A stretch of DNA of 58,542 nt from NCBI GenBank assembly GCA_002375205.1, contig DFLL01000017.1, positions 474 through 59,015 of the forward strand. Reading direction: 5' to 3'. Both the position numbers and the translations under genes were made by a program. Shown in pieces: positions 35,493 to 44,535 of the stretch (within the stretch, counting starts at the first letter, position 1; each line of letters starts with the position of its first letter). Under the pieces are notes generated by a model that worked only from the letters and a program-made list of their open reading frames with translations, made no database searches and was not told the DNA's origin. Source of the stretch: Bacillales bacterium UBA3620. Lineage in GTDB: Bacteria; Bacillota_I; Bacilli_A; RF39; UBA660.

Positions 35493-36488
35493 TTATTTTT
35501 TTAAATAATCTAATACCTCATCAAAAGTATCAACTTTAATAATATCCATATTGTAGTGATACTTATTTTTGGTAGCTATAGCCTCTTCATAATTAGAAGA
35601 TGGAACAAAGACAATATCCATCTTATCACTTGCAGCTCCCATTATCTTGTATTTAATACCGTCTATCTCTCCCACACTGCCATCAAAAGAAATAGTACCT
35701 GTACCAGATATCTTTCTTCCCTTTATAATATCTTCATTTACCAAAGCATTATAAATAGTAAGTGTAAGCATCAAACCTCCCGAGGAACCAGACTCACTAT
35801 CTCTAAATTTAATTTCAAGCTTAGGTTCTATTTCATAATCATAATCAGTAATTATTACAACACCAACTATTTTAGTATTATTTTCTAAATAAATTTTACT
35901 TTTTATTTCCTTTTCTTTTCCATCTCTAAGTATCTTAAAAGTAATTATATCATTTTCCTTTTTATTATTAATTATCTTTTTAATTGCCGAAACATCCTCT
36001 ACTAAAGTATTATCCACCTCTAATATAATGTCTCCTACCTTAAGGCCATTATTCTGTGTTGTAGCTATAATAACATTCCTTTTATTATTAATTTTAATAA
36101 ATTTATTAGCTTTAGTATAAGCAACCATAAGAGCAACATCTAAAGAATTATCTCTCATAATTTTATTTCTATCTTCAACTTCCTTAATACTTTCATTAGA
36201 TATCTTCCTATCATTATTTTTAATTATATCATACCCCATTATCATCGAATATAAATATAATCCAGGAGTAGCCTTATACTCACTAACATAAAGCATATTA
36301 ATAGAGCCATTAGTCTCTTCATAGCCAGATAGATTAACTCTATCAGTAATATTTATTGTACCACCCGGAGCCATAACATAATATGGAAGTTTTAAATAAA
36401 AAAATAAACATAATAATATAATAAATAATAAAAACTTATAATTATACTTTAATATTTTCTTTAAATCCATATTATCATTCCATTCCAT
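35493..36488 (-). CDS. ylbL: YlbL/SepM-family membrane-anchored PDZ plus Lon-like (S16) serine protease
   Basis: TM anchor, PDZ segment (GLKVGDIILEVDN), a Lon protease C-terminal-like motif (ESGSSGGLMLTL) and ISGTGTI..DG.VGEIDGI.YKI. Confidence 0.85.
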   Translation of the reverse strand: MEWNDNMDLKKILKYNYKFLLFIILLCLFFYLKLPYYVMAPGGTINITDRVNLSGYEETNGSINMLYVSEYKATPGLYLYSMIMGYDIIKNNDRKISNESIKEVEDRNKIMRDNSLDVALMVAYTKANKFIKINNKRNVIIATTQNNGLKVGDIILEVDNTLVEDVSAIKKIINNKKENDIITFKILRDGKEKEIKSKIYLENNTKIVGVVIITDYDYEIEPKLEIKFRDSESGSSGGLMLTLTIYNALVNEDIIKGRKISGTGTISFDGSVGEIDGIKYKIMGAASDKMDIVFVPSSNYEEAIATKNKYHYNMDIIKVDTFDEVLDYLKK

Positions 36489-36522
36489 TTCTTTTCTAAT
36501 CTATTATAGCATATAATTAAAT

Positions 36523-37443
36523 ATGAAAAAATATTCTAATCAAATTATTTCAATATTAACGTTCATAATTTTAATATTAGTATTACTAAATAAGGAATTA
36601 GTATCTACTTCAATTCTATCATCACTTTATATTTGGTATAATACTTTAGTACCATCAATGTTTCCTATGATAGTATTATCAGATATTCTAATAACATATA
36701 ACTCTACCAATATTATTCCAAAATTAATTACTAATAGCATATCAAAACTATTTAATATAAGTAAAAATGCAACTACTATATTTTTTTTCTCACTAATATC
36801 AGGTTTCCCCACTAATGCCGTAATTATAAAAAAAGCCGTAGACACCAATAAAATATCAACAAATGAAGGAGAACATCTCTTACTATTTTGCAATTTTGCT
36901 AACCCATTATTCATACTTCAAACAATCGGAAAATTCTATTTAAAAAATAGTACTTACGCAGTAATAATACTAATTAGTAATATATTAAGTAATATCATTA
37001 TTGGAACAATATTTAGAAAGAAAAATAATCCAAATACTAATTATATAAATTATCCAGATAAAAATCAAAGTCTAGGTATTATCTTAAAAGATGCTATTTC
37101 TAAAGCAATAAATTCCCTTTTTCTCGTTGCAGGTACCATAACCATGTTCATAATACTTACAACATTATTATCCCATATCCTTAATTTAAATAATATCCTA
37201 AAATTAACAATACAAAGTATATTAGAATTGACCATGGGTTTATCTTATCTTTCAAATCTCACTCTAGATGATACCATAAAAGTAGTCATATCTACAGCCA
37301 TTTTATCCTTTAGTGGGCTATCTATACATCTTCAAGTCTATTCAATATTAGAAAACATTAAATATAAAAATTATTTAAAAGGCCGTATACTATCAACAGT
37401 ATTATCAAGCATAATAGCCTTCATAATAATAAAAACAATTTAA
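36523..37443 (+). CDS. ylbJ: sporulation integral membrane protein YlbJ (nucleoside-recognition/Gate domain)
   Basis: The N-terminal pattern SSLYIWYNTLVPSMFPMIVLSDIL matches YlbJ. It is polytopic and divergent from ylbL, as in Bacillus. Confidence 0.7.
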   Translation: MKKYSNQIISILTFIILILVLLNKELVSTSILSSLYIWYNTLVPSMFPMIVLSDILITYNSTNIIPKLITNSISKLFNISKNATTIFFFSLISGFPTNAVIIKKAVDTNKISTNEGEHLLLFCNFANPLFILQTIGKFYLKNSTYAVIILISNILSNIIIGTIFRKKNNPNTNYINYPDKNQSLGIILKDAISKAINSLFLVAGTITMFIILTTLLSHILNLNNILKLTIQSILELTMGLSYLSNLTLDDTIKVVISTAILSFSGLSIHLQVYSILENIKYKNYLKGRILSTVLSSIIAFIIIKTI

Positions 37444-37444
37444 A

Positions 37445-37465
37445 AAGTGAGCATTTAACTCACTT
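37445..37465. terminator. hairpin between convergent ylbJ and yihY-like genes
   Basis: aagtgag catttaa ctcactt (7-bp stem). Confidence 0.4.
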
Positions 37466-37558
37466 AAACCAAAAAGGTTTCAAAATATAAGGAGACAATA
37501 GTATTACCATTATATGTAGTCCGTGATTAAAACATATGTAATACTATCATAAATATTA

Positions 37559-38359
37559 TTATCTATTTTTATCTGCATTATACTTTCTAGTATTAATAAC
37601 AATACCAAGTATTAAAATATAGCTTAAGAAATATATCCAAATTAATAAAACCATTACACTAGATAATCCTCCGTATAAAACATCAAATTTTGTAAAATAA
37701 GTAAGATAATAACTAAATATAGCAGTAAATATAATCCAAAGTATTGTCGTAGTAAAAGCTCCTACCACAACATCTCTTACCTTCAATTTTACAGATGGAG
37801 ACATAATATATATTAATATAACATTAACAAATATAACCCAAAAAGTAATTGGCCATTTAAATACATGATACATATTAATAATATTATTAGCCACAATGTT
37901 ATATCTACTCAAAAAATCTAACAATTTACCACCAAGCACAGGAATAAGTATAAGTACTAAAAGAGAAAAGACAAGCAATAACAAAATTATAACAGATTTC
38001 AATCTATCTCTAGTAACACTTCTTTTATCAACACCATACAAACTATTAGAAGCTTCTACAACAGCATACATTCCTCTTGAAGAAACATATAAAGTAAATA
38101 TATTAAGTAATCCTATAGATAAAGTGTAATTCTTACTAGAAACAATATCAATAATAACATTACTAATATAGTTAGGAATAGTATCATCTATTAAATTAAT
38201 AATTGAATCAATTGATATTGAGAAAAAGCTTGCAATTAATAAAATAATTGTAAATATCGGAATAATTGCTAAAACAAAATTATATGATAAGTATGAAGGT
38301 AAAATTCTAAGTTCAGTTAAACTTAGAATTTTTAGCACTTCTTTTATACCCTTTTTCAA
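37559..38359 (-). CDS. YihY/BrkB-family (ribonuclease BN-like) integral membrane protein
   Basis: 266 aa with 6 TM segments. N-terminal ...ELRILPSYLSYNFVLAIIPIF is typical of YihY. Its start is contiguous with the GGDEF gene stop. Confidence 0.65.
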   Translation of the reverse strand: MKKGIKEVLKILSLTELRILPSYLSYNFVLAIIPIFTIILLIASFFSISIDSIINLIDDTIPNYISNVIIDIVSSKNYTLSIGLLNIFTLYVSSRGMYAVVEASNSLYGVDKRSVTRDRLKSVIILLLLVFSLLVLILIPVLGGKLLDFLSRYNIVANNIINMYHVFKWPITFWVIFVNVILIYIMSPSVKLKVRDVVVGAFTTTILWIIFTAIFSYYLTYFTKFDVLYGGLSSVMVLLIWIYFLSYILILGIVINTRKYNADKNR

Positions 38360-40396
38360 CTATTTTTTTCCTTGCATAATTTCTTTTTTATTTCTCATAT
38401 CAATAGTAGCCTCATTAATTGCATCATCAACTGTTTTAACATCATCAACTATCATACTATATCCTACTGATGCTCCAAAACCATATGGTAAATTTTTAAG
38501 TTCCTTATATATTTTTCTAGAATAATTAATAATATCTTGTTCATCATATCCAACCATATAGATAAGGAACTCATTACCATCAGTTCTAACAATATCCGTA
38601 TTAGCTTCCTGATTAACAATAAGTATGCTCGCAGCCTTCTTAATAACAGTATCCCCTTCTTCATGTCCATGATTATCATTTATATATTTAATATTATTAA
38701 GATCGACTATTACAAATCCCTGAGGATATATTGTATTATCATCCCATTCTTTCATTTTTAAATTCAAATAGTTCCTATTTTTTAAAGAAGTCATAGAATC
38801 AATATACTTTAATTTATCATTATTAGTAATAATAGCCTCTTTCTTTTTCCATTTTTTCAATATAATATATATACCTATCAATAATAGTATTGACAAAAGT
38901 GTTATAATAAATGCAAAAACAGTACGAGAACTATAATTATTTAAATTATAATTATAATTAAATTTAACACTATTATAATTAATCGTCTCAACATAGAAAG
39001 AAAACATCTCAGAAAAAATAGTATTCTTATTAACATCTCTTATATAGAAAGCATATTCATAAGGAAGATCTCCACGATATAATTCATTAAAATCACTAAA
39101 TTTTTTTATTTTATAATATTCATAAGTATCTTTATCAATTAAAACAATAGAATTATTAGATATCTTTCTTAATAAATCATCCGTATTATTAAAAGCCTTA
39201 AAGGATACACCCATACTTGTTGCCATATCATTTAAATACGAATCCTTAATAGTAAATACTTCCTTACCAATTAAACTCTTCATAGACATAACATTAAAAA
39301 TATCCTTAGATAATACCACGTACTCTTCTCTAAATAAAGATCTCGTTTTAATAACATCAATATTAAGTCCACTAGTATTAAAATTACCAAAAACCAAATC
39401 TAATTCACCGCTAGAAAAATCTTTTTTCATTTTATCAATATCGTCATAATAAATAATATTAAAATCAACAGCATAATTATCAGCGAAAGAATTCAAGTAA
39501 TTAGATAAAGTACCAACAATATTCTTATTTTGTTCGCCTTCATATGGCATATATGTCATATAGCCAACATTATATGGAGAACTATTATATCCCATTCTCT
39601 CAGCTTCACTAATTTTTTTATCTAAGAAATATTCATTTAAAAAACTATCCTTATAAAATATACTTTGATAATCTTTTTCAAAGCCATGATAATACTTCTT
39701 CATAATATTACGAAAAGTATTATTACCAATAGTCAAAACATATCTCTTATAAACATCTGATATGTGCATCAAAATATGCAAATCATTTCTAATAATTACA
39801 TCAACATACATATTATAAGGAATAATAGCATACTTAACTTCATCATTAGTAAGAGCTAACTCAATATCACTTATACTCTCTTTAGATAAATAGCTAATCA
39901 TATTATTATCAATTAAATAATTAGAAACAACTCCAATATCCGAAGATAATACTGCCACCTCAATATTTCCCATATCTTTAATTGAATCAATAGAAACATT
40001 ATCTTTACCAATTAAAACATAATAATCATTATAAATAACAATATCATTGTCTGTTAAGTCAACAACATTATTAACGATTCTAAAAGCATTATCTTTTAAA
40101 GAAACATTATTATTACTAGCAAAATAAGATACCTTATTAAAGCTAATACCATATTTTTCAGTAAAATTATCTAAAATATCAAAAATAACACCATTACCAT
40201 TTTTACCGTATATCGGGATATCATTAAAAACACTAACATCTATTACATTCTTTTTATTATCATTTATCCACTTTTTCTCTAATATTGAAAAAGAAGAATC
40301 ATCTTTACTATAATTTAAAATAAATATACCTAATAAAACAATAAAAACAATACCCGTCAAAGTTAAAATAAGAACCTTATTATTTCTCTTTTTCAT
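38360..40396 (-). CDS. membrane sensor with two periplasmic solute-binding-like domains and a degenerate GGDEF domain
   Basis: The C-terminal domain has DSMTSLKNRNYL, VDLNNIKYINDNHGHEEGD and RTDGNEF in place of RxGGDEF (residues 606-610, nt 38567-38581). There are two TM segments (residues about 8-28 and about 495-515). Confidence 0.8.
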   Translation of the reverse strand: MKKRNNKVLILTLTGIVFIVLLGIFILNYSKDDSSFSILEKKWINDNKKNVIDVSVFNDIPIYGKNGNGVIFDILDNFTEKYGISFNKVSYFASNNNVSLKDNAFRIVNNVVDLTDNDIVIYNDYYVLIGKDNVSIDSIKDMGNIEVAVLSSDIGVVSNYLIDNNMISYLSKESISDIELALTNDEVKYAIIPYNMYVDVIIRNDLHILMHISDVYKRYVLTIGNNTFRNIMKKYYHGFEKDYQSIFYKDSFLNEYFLDKKISEAERMGYNSSPYNVGYMTYMPYEGEQNKNIVGTLSNYLNSFADNYAVDFNIIYYDDIDKMKKDFSSGELDLVFGNFNTSGLNIDVIKTRSLFREEYVVLSKDIFNVMSMKSLIGKEVFTIKDSYLNDMATSMGVSFKAFNNTDDLLRKISNNSIVLIDKDTYEYYKIKKFSDFNELYRGDLPYEYAFYIRDVNKNTIFSEMFSFYVETINYNSVKFNYNYNLNNYSSRTVFAFIITLLSILLLIGIYIILKKWKKKEAIITNNDKLKYIDSMTSLKNRNYLNLKMKEWDDNTIYPQGFVIVDLNNIKYINDNHGHEEGDTVIKKAASILIVNQEANTDIVRTDGNEFLIYMVGYDEQDIINYSRKIYKELKNLPYGFGASVGYSMIVDDVKTVDDAINEATIDMRNKKEIMQGKK

Positions 40397-40399
40397 CTT

Positions 40400-40870
40400 C
40401 TACTCCTTATCTTTAATCCATGTAATAGAATCAAAATTATTATGCTTATTACCAGTAATAACAGTAATACCTTCCTCATTATTCCATTTTAAGAAATAAG
40501 AAAAATCATAATATTTAAGTTCTTCTTCACTATAATTATCTAAAGTATTACTAGCAATTTCTTTGGCTTTATCAAGAGTAGTTTCCTCTTTTAATACAAT
40601 TGTAGTATAAACAATCTTTCCTTGCAATCTAATATTAACATCCTCTACAGCTTCAGTAGACAAAACCTCTTCCTTAACTCCATCATATACTTCCTTATCT
40701 ATTTTTACATCTTCAATACCGCTTAGTCTATTACCATATTTATTCGAACTCTTACTAGTTAACATTCCAATAAATATAACCAAAAGAATAGCTGCTAATA
40801 CAAAACAAAGTAATATTACAACACAAAACCCTTTATTATTTCTCATCCAATTTTTAATTTTTTCTAACAT
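40400..40870 (-). CDS. hypothetical N-terminally anchored protein (YlaJ/YhcN-like fold possible)
   Basis: 156 aa with one TM segment. It ends 3 nt before the GGDEF gene start. Confidence 0.45.
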   Translation of the reverse strand: MLEKIKNWMRNNKGFCVVILLCFVLAAILLVIFIGMLTSKSSNKYGNRLSGIEDVKIDKEVYDGVKEEVLSTEAVEDVNIRLQGKIVYTTIVLKEETTLDKAKEIASNTLDNYSEEELKYYDFSYFLKWNNEEGITVITGNKHNNFDSITWIKDKE

Positions 40871-40942
40871 AGTATTCCTCCTTATTAATCTAGTAATATT
40901 ATACTATAACAAAAAATATTTATCAAGAACTATCATAAAAAT

Positions 40943-40963
40943 AAAAGCACCTAAATAGTGCTT
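40943..40963 (-). terminator. terminator hairpin overlapping the sigE stop
   Basis: The minus strand reads aagcactatttaggtgctt followed by TTATTTTTAT. Confidence 0.5.
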
Positions 40964-41642
40964 ATAACTTTATAATACTAGACAATCTTTTAATAACTTT
41001 CTTCTCTATCCTTGAAATATAAGATTGAGATATTCCAAGCAAACTAGCAACTTCTTTTTGTGTCATCTCTTTTTTACCATTAAGACCATATCTAAGTTCA
41101 ATAATTTCCTTATCCCTTTTACCAAGTTTATTAACCTCTCTATACATTAAATATCTATCATTTTCATCTTCAAGGGGCTTAGTAACAATATCCCCATCAG
41201 TACCTAAAACATCCTCTAAATGAAGTTCATTTCCCTCCGAATCAAAACTAAGACTATCTTCAAAAGAAACCTCTGTTCTCTTCTTTTTTGTCTTTCTAAG
41301 ATACATTAGTATCTCATTATCAATACATCTAGAAGCATAAGTAGCAAGCTTAATATTCTTATCATTCTGATAAGTGTTAACTCCCTTAATTAAACCAATT
41401 GTTCCAATAGATACTAAATCTTCTAGATCAATCTTCGTATTTTCATACTTCTTAGCCAAAAAAACTACAAGTCTTAAATTATGTTCAATTAATTTATCTC
41501 TAGCCTTAGTGTCTCCTTTTAAAAATAAACTAACATATTTCTCCTCTTCTTCTTTTGACAATGGTTCGGGAAGAATATCCGTACTGCCAACATAAAACAA
41601 GTAATTAAGTCTTCTAATTAAACTTCTAAGTAATTTAAACAT
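40962..41642 (-). CDS. sigE: sporulation sigma factor SigE (pro-sigma-E)
   Basis: Near-colinear with B. subtilis SigE: LPEPLSKEEE, NLRLVVFLAKKYENT, EDLVSIGTIGLIKGVNTY, IKLATYASRCIDNEILMYLR, GISQSYISRIEKK. It lies immediately downstream of spoIIGA. Confidence 0.92.
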   Translation of the reverse strand: MFKLLRSLIRRLNYLFYVGSTDILPEPLSKEEEEKYVSLFLKGDTKARDKLIEHNLRLVVFLAKKYENTKIDLEDLVSIGTIGLIKGVNTYQNDKNIKLATYASRCIDNEILMYLRKTKKKRTEVSFEDSLSFDSEGNELHLEDVLGTDGDIVTKPLEDENDRYLMYREVNKLGKRDKEIIELRYGLNGKKEMTQKEVASLLGISQSYISRIEKKVIKRLSSIIKL

Positions 41643-41643
41643 A

Positions 41644-42378
41644 TTATTCCCCTTTCATAACATCTTTATGCAATATAACATCTACTCCATCAATAAACCT
41701 AATATTATCAGAAAACGCTACTAGCACATTCCTAACAACATTATTATCAACTACTATATATTTAGGTTTAACACACTTAAGTAACCCATCACCGGAAACA
41801 GTATTATAAGGAACTAATAAGAATCTATCATCCCTTTCATATTTCTTATTAACAATAATAATAGGCCTATGCTTATATATATCATATAAATTATTTCCCG
41901 TATCCAAAAAACCCATTAGAGAAATATTATCTTTATCAAAGTATATGTCTACTTGATAATAATTATTATAATTATTTTTAAGTTTACTCATTTCTTTGCA
42001 ATATAAGATAGTAACTTCTCCCCCTATAACAATAATAACCAAATAATAAATAATACTATTATCAATCTTAATATTAAATAAATACAGTAGACCTCCAAGT
42101 ATTACACTAACGATATACATATAAAAAATATTCTTAATCGTATATTTAATATTTTTATATCCAAAGCATACTATACACATAACAATAATACTAAATATCT
42201 CAATAGCAATTTTATCAATATTAAAAAGTAAAAGTAATGAAGAAATACCTCCTATTAAACTCGATAAAATAATTCTAATAGTATTTGTTCTCCGCTTAAG
42301 GATATAACTAACTCCCATTATAATAATACCATCAATAACCATATTAAAAAGAAAAAATAAATCTATATACATTTTCAT
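41644..42378 (-). CDS. spoIIGA: sigma-E processing peptidase SpoIIGA
   Basis: Five N-terminal TM segments (MKMYIDLFFLFNMVIDG...) and the aspartic protease motif GFLDTGNNLYD. In the spoIIGA-sigE arrangement. Confidence 0.9.
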   Translation of the reverse strand: MKMYIDLFFLFNMVIDGIIIMGVSYILKRRTNTIRIILSSLIGGISSLLLLFNIDKIAIEIFSIIVMCIVCFGYKNIKYTIKNIFYMYIVSVILGGLLYLFNIKIDNSIIYYLVIIVIGGEVTILYCKEMSKLKNNYNNYYQVDIYFDKDNISLMGFLDTGNNLYDIYKHRPIIIVNKKYERDDRFLLVPYNTVSGDGLLKCVKPKYIVVDNNVVRNVLVAFSDNIRFIDGVDVILHKDVMKGE

Positions 42379-42384
42379 AGATTT

Positions 42385-42418
42385 ATTATAATAAAAATAA
42401 GATAAATCAAATGTCGAT
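42385..42418 (-). promoter_or_regulatory. spoIIG-style promoter: TCGACA (0A-box-like ATCGACA), 21-nt spacer, TATAAT
   Basis: The minus strand reads aTCGACA tttgatttatcttatttttat TATAAT aaatct ATG. The -10 element ends 6 nt before the spoIIGA ATG. No SD is present. Confidence 0.4.
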
Positions 42419-42423
42419 TTATC

Positions 42424-42636
42424 TTATTCAAAAAAACTATTTTCATCACCTTGGCAATATCCACTACCAACTTTTTCTCCTTCAATATACTCCTTACCAG
42501 ATACATTACATCCCATCTTCGTAATAGCATCCTGAAGGTATCCACCAAATATTTTAACAAGTCCAATAACAAGTACCGTTATTAACGATATAATAAGCAC
42601 ATATTCGACAAGTGTCTGACCTTTTCTATTCAACAT
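42424..42636 (-). CDS. Flp-family (type IVb) prepilin-like protein
   Basis: Start at ATG 42636 (GGAGGG 7 nt upstream). MLNRKG/QTLVEYVLIISLITVLVIGLV fits the Flp G/xxxxEY processing motif plus hydrophobic helix. The C-terminal part has 2 Cys. Confidence 0.6.
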   Translation of the reverse strand: MLNRKGQTLVEYVLIISLITVLVIGLVKIFGGYLQDAITKMGCNVSGKEYIEGEKVGSGYCQGDENSFFE

Positions 42637-42664
42637 AATAAAGCCCTCCATATCCTATATCTAA

Positions 42665-42693
42665 ATTGTACTATATTTTTTTAACAATTGCAA
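42665..42693 (-). promoter_or_regulatory. sigma-A-type promoter for the Flp-like gene (TTGCAA-17-TACAAT)
   Basis: On the minus strand, TTGCAA (plus 42688-42693) is followed by a 17-nt spacer and TACAAT (plus 42665-42670). Confidence 0.45.
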
Positions 42694-42774
42694 TAGTTAA
42701 TTGTTTATTTTTCATTTTCAAATAAGCCTATACTCACCTTAACAATATTCTTGTTTATCATTTATAATTTTTTT

Positions 42775-44451
42775 CTATTCAATTACAAACGGATTAGACT
42801 CACTACCATTTCCAGAGGAAATGGATACGCCTGATTTAAGGAAGACTGCAGGACGGACCGCACCGTCATTGCTAGCAATGCCATCGTTCAAACTGCCGCC
42901 ACCGTTAAGCACATAGAAGACATCGCTAGCATACTCCAAATCAGCGCTCGAAGACATTGTCCAATAAACTCTTCCAATAGATAACCAATTTGAACTTGTA
43001 CAACTTGAGTAGTTATTTAATGTCTGATTACACTGTGATAAATCAGCACTATATCCATAGTCACTTGCACTTATTAATCCTACTTTTCCATTCCAAGTAT
43101 TTGTTCTTTCGACTGTATCATTACATTCACTAGTTCCTTGAGTACATATCTTACCCATGTTTCCTCTTTCAGCATTGTAATGTGCATCAGCATATGAAAA
43201 TTGATCATATGCTCCTGTATACCATGTTGCTGTGTCAATTAAACTTCTTTCATTTGCTGTTAGTCCTGTATTAGCAAAACTTACATTTACTGTTGTTGTA
43301 TTAAGTTGTCCAATATATACTGTTCCTGATGATTTTTTATTCCAATATAAACTGTTATTTACACTTTCACTTTCAAATCCTGGATTTAATAATCTCATTA
43401 AATCAGATCCTTCGTAGTTTCCAGATTCACCCCACTGATTTATACCCCATCCATTATTTACAGTACTTGCGGATGTATCCCATGATAAATTAGTTGTACC
43501 TATTGGATCATTACTTATTAGTTTAATTCTTCCATCAAATACTCCCACTATTCTCCACAGTTTTTTATCTCCTGCTTGTCTTACAATATCGGGAGTGCCT
43601 GATCTTGCATCACCTGGAAATGTTATGTCAGATGTATATGTATCTCCTAGCCATACATAGTTAGATGGATTTGCTCCATAATAACGAAGATTTCCTGTAT
43701 TTGATGCACTACTGCTAGAACCAAATTGATCTCTCATTAGTCCTACATCTGATGCAAGAGAATATGTAATATTATTTACAGTAGCATTACTTTTAGTTGC
43801 ATTATTATATAAATTAGTAATATAATCTGCAGCATATACTGGTGGTGTATTATCTTCCCTAGATACCACTTCTGCTCTTATTTCTCCTATGTAAGATGCT
43901 CCCACATAGTTTTGATCTGTAGTTATTGGTCCATTTATCCATAGATATACTCGATATTTTATTCCTCCCGTAGTAGATGATACAAAGATATTATCTTGTA
44001 ATAACATATCTCCAGTAGATGTAATAGGTCCATCTTTAATAAATGTTTCTGTACTATTTTCTACTTTTACTAATGTATAATATAATCCTCCAGTTAATAA
44101 TATATCATCTGTGCTTACATTAGTAGTTAAGTATAATTTACCTAGTCCTGATACATTAGTACATCTAGGATCTAATGATAATCCTACTTCAGCATACAGT
44201 GGATTTTCTACTACTTGATTTAAATTATCTCTATTATAATTAGTCATAAACTTTATTTTAGCGGGATTTTGTTCTGTACCTAAATCTTTTCTATAATATA
44301 CTACATCAAAGCATTCTGTTGAACCTGCAATTATAATATTATTGCTCCTCCAAGTAAGCCATGCATAAGTAGCTCCTGCTACTAAAGCAATAAAACCAAA
44401 TATACCAAGTAATGATCCTATTACTTTTGATTTTTTTATACTTTCTTTCAT
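42775..44451 (-). CDS. secreted 558-aa protein with a SipW-cognate-type (TasA/camelysin-like) signal peptide and a C-terminal DUF6273-like end
   Basis: The N-terminus KVIGSLLGIFGFIALVAGATYAWLTW resembles the GGTxAxF(T/S) SipW-type signal region. The C-terminus reads ...NDGAVRPAVFLKSG...NPFVIE. G+C is visibly higher than in neighbouring genes. Confidence 0.6.
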   Translation of the reverse strand: MKESIKKSKVIGSLLGIFGFIALVAGATYAWLTWRSNNIIIAGSTECFDVVYYRKDLGTEQNPAKIKFMTNYNRDNLNQVVENPLYAEVGLSLDPRCTNVSGLGKLYLTTNVSTDDILLTGGLYYTLVKVENSTETFIKDGPITSTGDMLLQDNIFVSSTTGGIKYRVYLWINGPITTDQNYVGASYIGEIRAEVVSREDNTPPVYAADYITNLYNNATKSNATVNNITYSLASDVGLMRDQFGSSSSASNTGNLRYYGANPSNYVWLGDTYTSDITFPGDARSGTPDIVRQAGDKKLWRIVGVFDGRIKLISNDPIGTTNLSWDTSASTVNNGWGINQWGESGNYEGSDLMRLLNPGFESESVNNSLYWNKKSSGTVYIGQLNTTTVNVSFANTGLTANERSLIDTATWYTGAYDQFSYADAHYNAERGNMGKICTQGTSECNDTVERTNTWNGKVGLISASDYGYSADLSQCNQTLNNYSSCTSSNWLSIGRVYWTMSSSADLEYASDVFYVLNGGGSLNDGIASNDGAVRPAVFLKSGVSISSGNGSESNPFVIE

Positions 44452-44535
44452 ATTCCTATTACCTACTTTCTATATAAATGATATCATAAAAAGTATATAA
44501 AAACAAGTGCATAAACAGTGAAATTAAAAAAAGAA

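Noticed and set aside
35556-35888. 110-aa plus-strand ORF antisense to ylbL
   Set aside because: It lies entirely inside a well-supported minus-strand gene, has no RBS and has low-complexity Ile/Phe/Ser/Asn composition. This is typical of shadow ORFs in AT-rich DNA.
36627-36914. 95-aa minus-strand ORF inside ylbJ. Similar antisense or alternate-frame ORFs occur at 1772-1954, 8728-8934, 19240-19434, 24447-24674, 37896-38129, 38464-38679, 38537-38761, 41374-41595, 43232-43417, 44725-44913, 46121-46315 and 46884-47102.
   Set aside because: Each is fully nested in a confidently assigned gene on the other strand or in another frame, and none has independent signals.
42375-42572. 65-aa ORF overlapping the Flp-like gene in another frame
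   Set aside because: The alternative frame (42424-42636) has a strong RBS and a recognisable Flp prepilin motif. This one has neither.
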